DNA of 64,000 bases from Piromyces finnis finn (lineage: Eukaryota; Fungi; Neocallimastigomycota): assembly GCA_002104945.1 (NCBI GenBank), contig MCFH01000012.1, positions 929,788 to 993,787 on the forward strand, given 5' to 3'. The number at the start of each line of letters is the position of its first letter. Position 1 is the stretch's first letter. The notes beneath the pieces were generated by a model that made no database searches, had not been told where the DNA came from, and saw only the letters and a program-made list of their open reading frames with translations. Both the position numbers and the translations under genes were made by a program. Positions 53,571 to 64,000 of the stretch are shown piece by piece.

Positions 53571-55072
53571 ATTAACAAATTTATTTTAATATAATTATTA
53601 TATATAAATTATATTATCCATATTAATTAGTATTTTATGATAAATAACCTAATATATTATAATTAATATATTAATATTTCCTTTTATTTAAATAAGATAT
53701 TTAACAATTCATATTGCAACTTTTCAATATTTATTATTTTTATATTCTATATATTATATTATATTGTAATATATTATACAATACAATATTATAATTAGTT
53801 ATATTAAAAGATGGATTAACCTTTTTACCTTTTTTTTCTATTACATTATGAAATACGTAATTGTAAAGTATATTTAATTCTACGCTCAGTTGCTGTATTT
53901 ATAAAAAGTTTTATACGTTATTACAAATGTGTATGTAGCATAGGAGCTGCTATAAGTTCTATTGGTTATTTAATAAGAAAATACTCAGAGATAATAATAG
54001 TCAAGATAAATAGTTGTTTTTTTATAAGTAGTTTCATATTTATAAAATATACCTTTTTTTTGTTAGTAGTAATTCTTTTTTTTTTTTTCGGGTATAAAAT
54101 ATTGTTGATGGATAGTTAATTGCTTCTCTTTTATTCCATGTACATTTCAGGCTATCGAGGAAGATTTAGATGAAATGTATTAATGAAGTTTAAGAATTTG
54201 AATTATAATTATATCTAATAAATAAAAAAGAAAAGATTAATTAATTAATTAATTTGAGTAGAGTATTCATTGTACGAAGCAGTAGGAATATATTATTTTT
54301 ATATTCAAATAGTATTTATTAAATGAAAAGAGGTTTATTTATGACGATATATTTCTATATATTATATATCGACTATCTAATTTATTTAAATATATCTGCA
54401 TTTAAATGTAAAAACTATATAGAAAATGGTATATAAAATTATTGATATATTTTATTTGATATATTATAAAAATGTAATATTATATTATACAATATATTAT
54501 TAATTAGAAAATAATTAATCTTTAATAATAAAATAGTGTATGAATACACTATACAATATGTTAAAATATAATATTTAATAATATAAAGTATTTTTTAAAT
54601 AATATATTATTTATTATATTATTATTTTTTTCTAAAAATTCTTTCTAATATATTGAATAAAAAATCAAATTTATTCATATATAAATAATATATTATATTT
54701 ATATATTTAAATTATTTTTTCTTTTTCCTATTATACTGTATTATGTGAAGTAATTTATATGTAAATAAATTATTACGATTAATATAATATATATAGTAAT
54801 ATTGAAAATTAAATTATTTGAATTCATATATTAGTTCATTGATTTAAAAATTATTATATTAACGATTATAATATAATAATATAATAATAACTATTAACAA
54901 TATATTAAAATATAATATATACGTATTAAAATTAAATTATCCATTAAAATTTTTTTTAATAATTTTTCAATAGTGATAAAATAAAAAAAAGTTTTCAAAA
55001 TTTTTTCTTCTTTTTTTTTTTTTAACTTCACATTTTTTTTATCATTTTAAAAAAAGTTAACATTTATTAAAA

Positions 55073-56832
55073 ATGATTTCAAATCAAGTTTCATCTAGTG
55101 CTAAGGTTGCAGGTAAAGATTGATTAGTGCTGGTGTTAAGTCGTTGTGAATGTCAAATAAGTCAGTAATAATTAGAAAAATTATTGAAAATAGAATAATA
55201 AAACTAAGCGGTTATTATTCTATTTAATAATTAGGAAAAAAAAAGTAATGAAAAATAAATAAAATAATTAATAATATAAAATATGTTTTACTCAGAAAAA
55301 AAAAAAGAAAATTGATTTTTTATTCTGAGTTTAAATAACATTTTCTAAAAATAATATTATTAATAAAATTGCTGATTAATATTAGTGTTATAAGATATTA
55401 ATATTAAATAAAAATAATGTATTTTAAAAGCGTTTTATTAATATGTTTAAGAGTAACGGTGATAAATATCATTACTAATATAGTTAATATATAAAAAAGT
55501 GTAATAAAGTTGGAACGAAAATAGGATTAAGCATTCTTTTTCGTGTCTGTTTAAAAATAATAAAATATAAATAAAAATAATTATAATGATATGTATTTTG
55601 TATTATAAATAAATGCCAATCTAGATATATTTTACTAAATGACATTTACACGATTTTTAATTAGTAATATAATGTATATAATTAAAATATATTAATTTAT
55701 TAAATATTTAAAATATTTTGAAATATAAATAGTTTCTGCCGTTAGCAAGAGACTTTACTCTACTGCTTACGAACAAACCTTAAAGAACCTTCTTATCAAC
55801 AAGAACACCAAGGTTATCACCCAAGGTTTCACCGGTAAACAAGTAAGTAAATAATAAAATTCTAAAACATCAACAATAGAATTAAATCTAAATGAATAAA
55901 TATGTAATTTGTCAATATAGGGTACTTTCCACGCCAAGAACGCTCTTGCCTACGGTACTAAGATGGTCGGTGGTGTTTCCCCAAAGAAGGCCGGTACCAC
56001 TCACTTAGGTCTCCCAGTTTTCAAGTCTGTTCAAGATGTATGTATAAAGTAATAATAAATATTAATATTATAAAACAGAAATTAATTTGTATTTTAAATT
56101 TATTAGGCTTGTGACAACCTCCACCCAGATGCCTCTGTCATCTACGTCCCACCACCAGGTGCTGCTTCTGCTATCCTCGAAGCTATTGAAGCCGAAGTTC
56201 CATTAGTTGTCTGTATTACCGAAGGTATCCCACAACAAGATATGGTCAGAGTTGTTGATGCTCTTAACTCTCAAAACAAGACTAGACTTGTTGGTCCAAA
56301 CTGTCCAGGTGTTATCAAGGCCGAAGAATGTAAGATCGGTATTATGCCAGGTCACATCCACACCAAGGGTAGAATCGGTATTGTTTCTCGTTCTGGTACT
56401 CTTACCTACGAAGCCGTCAACCAAACTACCAAGGCTGGTTTAGGTCAAACCTACTCCTTCGGTATTGGTGGTGATCCATTCAACGGTACTAACTTCATTG
56501 ATGCTCTTAAGATCTTCCTTGAAGATGACAAGACTGAAGGTATTGTCCTTATTGGTGAAATTGGTGGTTCTGCTGAAGAAGAAGCCTCTGAATTCCTTAA
56601 GCAATACAACCTTACCCGTAAGGTTCCAAAGCCAGTTGTTTCCTTCATTGCTGGTCGTACTGCTCCACCAGGCCGTCGTATGGGTCACGCTGGTGCTATT
56701 GTCTCCGGTGGTAAGGGTGGTGCCGATGACAAGGTCAAGGCTCTCAGATCCGCTGGTGTCGTTGTTTCTGCTTCTCCAGCTCAAATGGGTGAAAAGTTAA
56801 GAGAAACTATGGCTGCTCGTAACTTACTCTAA
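55073..56832 (+). CDS. scsA: Succinyl-CoA synthetase alpha subunit with organelle (hydrogenosome/mitochondrion) presequence; 4 exons
   Basis: Exon 1 (55073-55112) splices to 55733. Product: [26 protein letters not shown]...[16 protein letters not shown]...VGGVSP...SVIYVPP...[11 protein letters not shown]...GPNCPG...SRSGTLTYE...GIGGDP...GEIGG...RMGHAGA (phospho-His). Confidence 0.97.
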
Positions 56833-57569
56833 ATGATTTAATATAAAAAGGGTAAATATTATAATATTTATAATATAATTAAATTATAAATTAGTAAGTA
56901 GCTGTATACTAATGAAATTTATTTTATATATTTTTAAATAACATTTTAATTTAAAAAATTATAATGAAATTGATTTGTAATTTTTCCTCTATTTTCCAAA
57001 TAAATAAAAATATATGATATTAGGGATTTTAAATATATAATATACAAAATAAACTATATATAATAAATTAAAAATTAAATAAAAAAGAAAAGGGAAAAAC
57101 AGAGAAAAAATAATATTAATTCAATAATAAATAAAAGCATAATAAAATTTTTTTAAAAATAAAATCTAAAATAAATTCAATTAAAAATAAATAAAACTAA
57201 ATTAATAAAATAATGAATTAAAAAAAAGTTATTTATTTTTAAACAAACATAAATAATCTAATCAACAAAATAAAATAAAAAATATATAAAAATAAATATA
57301 TGTTTGCTTTTTTTGTTGTTTAATTTGCAAAAATTAATGGTATAATTTTAAATTTGTTGTATGTCTATTTTTTTTTAAATGGTGTTGTTTTGGATAAAGG
57401 GTTGAAAAGAGGATTATGGGTTTATTAATTTTGTAGAAATTAAAATTAAGTCAATTTAGGGTGTCATTCGATGATATAAAACAATAGTAATAATAACAAT
57501 AGTAGTAATAGAATTTCCAAGAAACTGGTAATGGTTCTGGATCGAATACAGATTATCCTTGTCGTGTTA

Positions 57570-59949
57570 CTTTGCGAAACTATAACTATCGAGGTATATC
57601 ACTTATCAATAATGGTATTAAGTTGATTTCCAAAATTGTCACCACTAGAATCTCAGAATATGGTTTAAAGAATAATTTCATTAGACCTGAACAATTTGGT
57701 TTTCGAAAAAAGGAAGAAAGTATTAGTCTTTTCATTTCAATCCAAGAAATATGCCGTAGACGTCAATTAGATAATAAAGAGACATATTTGGCCTTTTTAG
57801 ATCTCAGGAAAGCATACGATTCAGTCCCAATCGGTAATATTCTCCATAAATTAGATTGTTTAGGAATCCGAGGTAAGAGTCTACAATTTATCAAAAATTT
57901 ATATTTAACATCTAAGGCTAATGTCAAATTAGATGGACAATTCTCGAAATCTTTTGATGTGAAGAAAGGAGTCCGTCAAGGTTGCCCTCTTTCTCCTATT
58001 CTCTTTAATCTCTTTATTAATGATATATTTAGAGAGTGCGAAGATCTAGGAGTCAGTTTAGGTGACACTCGATGCTGTGGTGGACTTTTTGCAGATGATA
58101 TAGTTATTTGTGCTCCAACAAGAGGATGCTTAAAAAAGATGCTTAGAAGAGTTAATGAATGGGCATTGTATAATGAAATGGAATTTGGTATCCAGAAATG
58201 TTCAACGATGGTGATTCGTCCTGAATCAATAGAAAATCAGAACAAGAGAGATCCAACATTTTACTTAGCAGGACAACCCATTCCAACTACTGATTGTTAT
58301 ACTTATCTTGGTGTTCCATTTGATAAGAATCTGTCCCTTAAACCAGTAATTAAAGCTCTTAATAACAAGGTTTTGAAAGGGCTTTTCTCAGTCAGTAAAT
58401 TCTTAAGAAATCCTAATATTCCTATTCCTTTCAAAAAACTAGTACTTAACTCACAAGTGATTAGCAGAGTTTCATACTTTGCACCATTACTTGGATCCAA
58501 CAAAGCTAGGTCTAGGATTGCTCAGAAGCATGTTAACAAAGGAATACGATGGGTTGCCGGAGTTCATAAAGCTGTATCGTTTATATCTTTATACTCTATT
58601 TCAAAAGATTTGAATATTCCTCCATTGTCAGCCAAATGTGCGTTAGCTCAGGTTAGATGTTTTAACAAATGGAAAAACTCAAATTGTATTATCTCACACC
58701 TTGTCAATTACATTCCTAAATTTAGAAAATACACGTGGTGCAAATCAAGTAGGACACTTGATAAAAAATTAAAGAAACATGGAGATGTTAAAGCAGTTAA
58801 AAACTTTTATTGGAAAGATCTCAAAGGGAATTCAATCAAAGCGCAATATTATGATGATAATAAATTTATTGAAACTAAAGATTTTATTAAATTATGTTAT
58901 GAGTACCCAGAGTTTGCCTATGGCTTCTACTGGCTCTTGAAAGCAAGAAGCGGATACAAGTTGGATGCTAGAGTTGCCAAAGCTGCCAAATTTGTTGATC
59001 CAGTTTGTCCTAACTACTGTCCATGTTGCAAGTGTGGAGATCAAAGTATTAAACATTGGTTATTAGATTGTCCAACATTTAGAGATATCCGTATTAAACA
59101 TTATGATTCTATAGTCCAGCTACTTAATTTTTTCAGTCAACGTAATTCCAATAGTCCTATCAATAATAATGAAATTGATAATGTCAGTAGAGATAGTAAT
59201 AACATTAATAGTAATAGTAACAATAGTAGTAATAACAATAGTAATAGTAACAATAGTAATAGTAACAATAGTAATAATAACAATAATAGAAATAATAATA
59301 TTAGTAATGATAGCAATAGTGAAGATAATAATTCTAATTTAAATAGTAATTTAGTTAATGATAGTAATAGTTCTAATAATCCGGTGAATATTAATGTGTA
59401 TGATTATTCTAGTGTGTGCAGTAAAATATTTAAATTCCTTCTTGGGGGAAGAAGTTTTAACAATATTAATTACAATTCAAGGGAATGGAAAGAACTTTGT
59501 AAGCGTCAGATTCAATCTGGTACTAACGAAGGAACACCATTCTTGACGGTAACCGCGGAACTTCTAACCAAAATCATGCCTTTTGCTATTGGCCAGCAAT
59601 GGACAATGTTCAAAAGGTTTGAAGCAACATCCAAGAGCGTCAATGCTGAAGAAACAGTAAGACAGGCCAGGAGGGCCAGCGCAACCAATGGAGATCATAA
59701 TTTTGTTCCATGACAAAATTTTGATCTTTGGCTCGGTGTCCCATTGGAAGTCAAATACAATTATTATACTTTAGTATGATAGTGGCTTTCTTACTTTAAT
59801 TAAAATTACTAGAATACATTATACCCAATTTTTATTCATTTGTGTTTATTTAAACATATTTTTTTTTTATTTTTATTTATTTTTAATTTTTTATTACATG
59901 TATTATAATTTTAATTAAATTAATAATAAAGTTTAAAATATTTGATGCC

Positions 59950-60009
<60 letters not shown>

Positions 60010-60022
60010 TTGCGAAACTATA
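57570..60022 (+). repeat. 15-bp target-site duplication CTTTGCGAAACTATA at 57570-57584 and 60008-60022
   Basis: The identical 15-mer lies immediately before the RT sequence and immediately after the poly(A). It occurs once in the uninterrupted element (62321-62335). Confidence 0.92.
57582..60007 (+). mobile_element. 5'-truncated non-LTR retrotransposon (RT, C-terminal CCHC finger, 3' UTR, poly(A))
   Basis: NYRGISL, EQFGFR, FLDLRKAYDSV, GVRQGCPLSPILFNLFINDI, LFADD, YTYLGV, CPCCKCGDQSIKHWLLDC. Stop at 59713, AATAAA at 59925, pure A run at 59953-60007. Confidence 0.95.
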
Positions 60023-60176
60023 GACACTTTTTCAAGAAAGCTGACGAATCAGTTCCGGGAATGAGAGGTTTATATTTAGGTTTTCACAATTCGTGTCAAG
60101 CCTCACTTGAAAACTTCTCTGGAAAGTATATTATTTCTATTTATACTTTTAGTCTCTGGAATAGATTCAAATGGTC

Positions 60177-60933
60177 TCCTCTTGGGAACGTGCCTTCATT
60201 TATTTAATAAATGTAGTTTCTCAAGGGGGTCTACTCATGCTCATGGTACTGAGAGAGTAGAAAGAATTAAATCCAAGTATTGCGCAATGGATGCTTGGTG
60301 CCCTCTTGGAAACGTGCCTTCATTTATTTAATAAATGTAGTTTCTCAAGGGGGTCTACTCATGCTCATGGTACTGAGAGAGTAGGAAGAATTAAATCCAA
60401 GCATTGCGCAATGGATGCTTGGTTAGTCTTTAAGGGAAAATTATTAGGACTAAGCTCATGGTACTGAGCGATTAAAAAACATTTATCCATCGAATTTAAG
60501 TATTTGATGAATAAGTTGAATGTTTGATATTCAGGTAAGTTTGTATAGTATTTACCCTCTTGGGAACGTGCCTTCATTTATTTAATAAATGTAGTTTCTC
60601 AAGGGGGTCTACTCATGCTCATGGTACTGAGAGAGTAGAAAGAATTAAATCCAAGTATTGCGCAATGGATGCTTGGTGCCCTCTTAGGAATGTGCCTTCA
60701 TTTATTTAATAAATGTAATTTCTCAAGGGGGTCTACTCATGCTCATGGTACTGAGAGAGTAGAAAGAATTAAATCCAAGCATTGCGCAATGGATGCTTGG
60801 TTAGTCTTCAAGGGAAAATTATTAGGACTAAGCTCATGGTACTGAGCGATTAAAAAACATTTTATTCATCAAATTTAAGTATTTGATGAATAAGTGAATG
60901 TTTGATTTTTCAGGTAAGTTTGTATAGTATTTA
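60177..60933. repeat. Higher-order tandem array: two 378-bp units, each A(124)-A'(about 120)-B(about 130), built from hairpins
   Basis: The ccctcttggg-type unit start recurs with offsets 124, 378 and 124. The B block (ttagtc...caggtaagtttgtatagtattta) occurs twice. Confidence 0.93.
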
Positions 60934-61446
60934 ATTAGAAGAGTAATACATTTTGTTGCTGTATTTTTTCTTTTATTCATGTATTCATGTAGTACTACTC
61001 TTCTCTTGTAAGAATCCAATGTAGTCAACTTTAGCATTTGCATTGTACTTTTATATTCATGTAGCTATTGTTGTATTGTTTCTTGTAAGAGACTGATTCA
61101 CTCTACATCATGTAAAAATACTATTCACAAGCTTTCTGGTGTCGACATTCTTGATTCAAATTTTTTACCAATTTAAATATTTAATGAAAAGTAAAGTCAA
61201 ACAAGTTTAGTGTCAAAAAGCGATTCGAATTTACTAACAACAAACCAAAACTAGAATTTTTAAAGAAAATTTACAACTAGAATTCAAAAAATAAGAAACT
61301 TTAAACAAAGCATCGTAACAATTTTTGTACTATCCAGTACTTTTAAGAAGAGAGAGAGAGACAGATTTTTTTCCATATACGTTATATTTGTAATTTTTAT
61401 TAGTATTTATTTTATATTCAATATTTTTTAATTAGAATTTATTATC

Positions 61447-64000
61447 ATGTCAGTCCTTTATATTAAAGATAAGAATTATATCAGACGTGGTACCCGGTCT
61501 TATGGTATCCCCTTAGATGATATTCGCTCCTTCTTTATCCGTGGTATTCGATCATGGTCAGTAAATATGCTATGGGAAAAACTCGAGGTTATTCTAGAAG
61601 ATAAATTTAATTCAGTTATTAGTGTTAAATATTTTCAAACTTTCAATGATCACTTTTTCTTAGTCAAGGTTCATGGTTCATCAAAAGATTGTATTAAAAT
61701 CTTACACATGTTAAAGAAGAAACTTTCAGTTACCTCAATTTCCTTTTCAGCTCGTAGTAGAAGGAATCACAAATACACTTTTTCCACTCTCAAACGTAAA
61801 ATTTTAGTTTCTAATAAACATCAACATTCTATTCAACAATCATTTCAACAATCAGTTCAACAATCAGTTCAACAATCTCATCAACAATCCGATCTTCAAC
61901 GAGATCTTCAACAGGATCTTCAACAAGTTTCCCATCATGAAAATATTCCAGATCTACAGCAAACACAATTTCAATCTCAACATTCAACAATTAATTCTAA
62001 TAGTTCTATCAACTCTGATAACAGTTCAATAGTTGATAGTTCTTCAGTTTCACAGCCATCTAGTAATAGTTCTACTTATTCCTCTGATGCATCATCCATT
62101 AATAACGATGACTTTAATAATAATAATAATAGCAACGATTCTTCCTCATCCAACAAGCTTGATAACTTTTCTTTTTGTCTTAGTTGGAACACCAATGGGT
62201 GGAATCATGAAAAGAGAGATAGTATTAGCTATTTCACAGCTATTTTCAAACCATTATTCTTATGTTTCCAAGAAACTGGTAATGGTTCTGGATCGAATAC
62301 AGATTATCCTTGTCGTGTTACTTTGCGAAACTATAGACACTTTTTCAAGAAAGCTGACGAATCAGTTCCGGGAATGAGAGGTTTATATTTAGGTTTTCAC
62401 AATTCGTGTCAAGCCTCACTTGAAAACTTCTCTGGAAAGTATATTATTTCTATTTATACTTTTAGTCTCTGGAATAGATTCAAATGCTCGATTGGAAATG
62501 TTTATATGCCTCATAGTCATCACAACATCTATGTTGATCATGCAAAGTTAGAAGTTCGCTTGTGGTTACAAACTCATTCATCCCATCCATCGATTCTTGT
62601 TGGTGATTTTAATATGTCTAAAGTAAAATTATCCAACTGGTTATCAACTAATGGATTAGGAGATTGGGAAATTCTTCCGCTTAGAGGGTCTACTATCTCT
62701 TGGACTCGAGGTGAACAATCTTCCGACATTGACCATGCTCTTATCAATTCGAAGATGAAAGATCTTATTCACTCAGGATCATTTATAAATAATTTTTATC
62801 CTGTATCAGACCATAAGCCACTTCTTATTAATGGTAAAATTATTCCTATGGAAGATTTTTCTAATGACTTTAACGTTCCTAAGAAAATTCTGAAATGGAA
62901 TAGATTAAAATGTATTGAGGAAAAGGAATCTATTCTCAGTCATAATAAATTCCAAATACTTTCAGCAAAATTCAACGATCCTAATGTTTCTACAGATGAT
63001 CTTTCCAAAGAATTTACTTCAACTGCTTTTTCAATTGCAGACGAGCTCAGTATTACCTCAGCAAATAATGTTATAAAGTCTTCATTTCATATTTCACAAC
63101 AAATTTTTAATCTCCAAAAAATCAAAATGAAGTTGTATAAGAGATTTAAAAAAGAAAGAATTTATGATATAGATGAATTTATTAAAAGAATTAAAATCTA
63201 CCGTAAGCTCATTGATTACATCCACAAAAGATGTAATGAATTTAGGAAACAAGAATATCTTCATTGGATTAAAACAGGATGTGAGTATATGAAGAGTCAT
63301 AATCCTAAGAAGGCCTGGAAATGGATCAAGAAAACTGCAAAAATTGGAAAAGATTCTTTCTTTATTGCTCAACCAATTAAAAATAAAAATGGAGAATTAG
63401 TTGTTGCTACGGAAGAACAACTAGATGTGTGGCATGATTATTTCGAAAATCTTGCATCAGATCCAAGTGGCGTAAGTCTTGATTTGGAGCATTGGTATGA
63501 AGAACCAACGAATAAACGTTTTTCACTCCCTATGCTTGATGAATGGGATATCAACCAAGATATTAGTATTGATGAAGTCAAGTCAGCTATCCTCTCTACT
63601 CCGAATTATAAAGCATCAGGTCCGGATGGTATTCCAATTGAATTTTACAAAGCATTAATTCCATCAAGTAATGATTCTAATAATGCTACAGATAATAATT
63701 CTTCCGGTAATACCACTTCAGATAATGATGCTTATGGTTTAAATTTTATTCTTAAATTATACAACCGTATTTGGGATGGAGACTTCCCCAACTCATGGAA
63801 TGAATCCAGTATTGTTTCTATTCCTAAGAAGGGAGATTTGACAGATTGTGATAACTATCGAGGTATATCACTTATCAATAATGGTATTAAGTTGATTTCC
63901 AAAATTGTCACCACTAGAATCTCAGAATATGGTCTAAAGAATAATTCCATTAGACCTGAACAATTTGGTTTTCGAAAAAAGGAAGAAAGTATCAGTCTTT
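61447..64000 (+). mobile_element. Apparently intact single-ORF non-LTR retrotransposon (N-terminal domain, APE endonuclease, RT), open at the window edge
   Basis: No stop codon from ATG 61447 to 64000. APE motifs: LSWNTNG, LCFQETG, IGNVYMP, ILVGDFN, SDIDHAL, SDHKPL. RT start: KASGPDGIPIEFYK, WNESSIVSIPKKGD, NYRGISL, EQFGFR. It is missing from the ORF track because it has no stop inside the window. Confidence 0.95.

Larger units (their letters stand above)
57514..60173 (+). mobile_element. Orphan 222-bp endonuclease-coding fragment of the same LINE family (57514-57584 plus 60008-60173), split by the insertion
   Basis: The joined halves match 62265-62486 of the downstream element, with no differences found by eye. 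Confidence 0.85.

Noticed and set aside
56203-56800. Several overlapping alternative-frame and antisense ORFs in scsA
   Set aside because: They are by-products of the biased, stop-poor codon usage of the real gene.
57572-59713. Reading the truncated LINE as an element with a simple 1518-bp internal deletion
   Set aside because: The endonuclease sequence resumes after the poly(A) with a 15-bp duplication, which indicates insertion into a fragment rather than deletion.
60177-60933. CRISPR array or hammerhead/HDV ribozyme interpretation of the hairpin repeat
   Set aside because: There are no unique spacers and the host is eukaryotic. I found no CUGAnGA/GAAA core with proper stems on either strand (CTGAGAG fails the consensus), and no convincing HDV-like nested pseudoknot by eye.
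60010-61043. Short ORFs overlapping the hairpin array
   Set aside because: They start in the LINE fragment or run through repeats and have no recognisable domain.

Overview
Very AT-rich, intron-dense eukaryotic DNA. The composition, short GT-AG introns, a flagellar radial-spoke gene and a strongly codon-biased succinyl-CoA synthetase alpha with an organelle presequence point to an anaerobic gut fungus (Neocallimastigomycota; inference). Eleven spliced host genes were reconstructed by hand: ZCCHC10-like, MCM8, TAF2 fused to six bromodomains, a membrane-anchored M1 aminopeptidase, an 8-exon Ubc9-like E2 without the catalytic cysteine (invisible in the ORF track), a DUF1746/Dsc4-like membrane protein, ANKRD13-like, an LRR single-pass receptor-like protein, RSPH10B-like MORN protein, PSMG2/PAC2 and succinyl-CoA synthetase alpha. 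The last 6.5 kb is a nest of one young non-LTR retrotransposon family. A 5'-truncated poly(A)-tailed copy is inserted, with a 15-bp target-site duplication, into an endonuclease fragment of its own family. A higher-order array of hairpin-rich repeats follows, then an uninterrupted single-ORF element running off the window edge. All calls were made by eye without database searches; exon coordinates are hand-counted.
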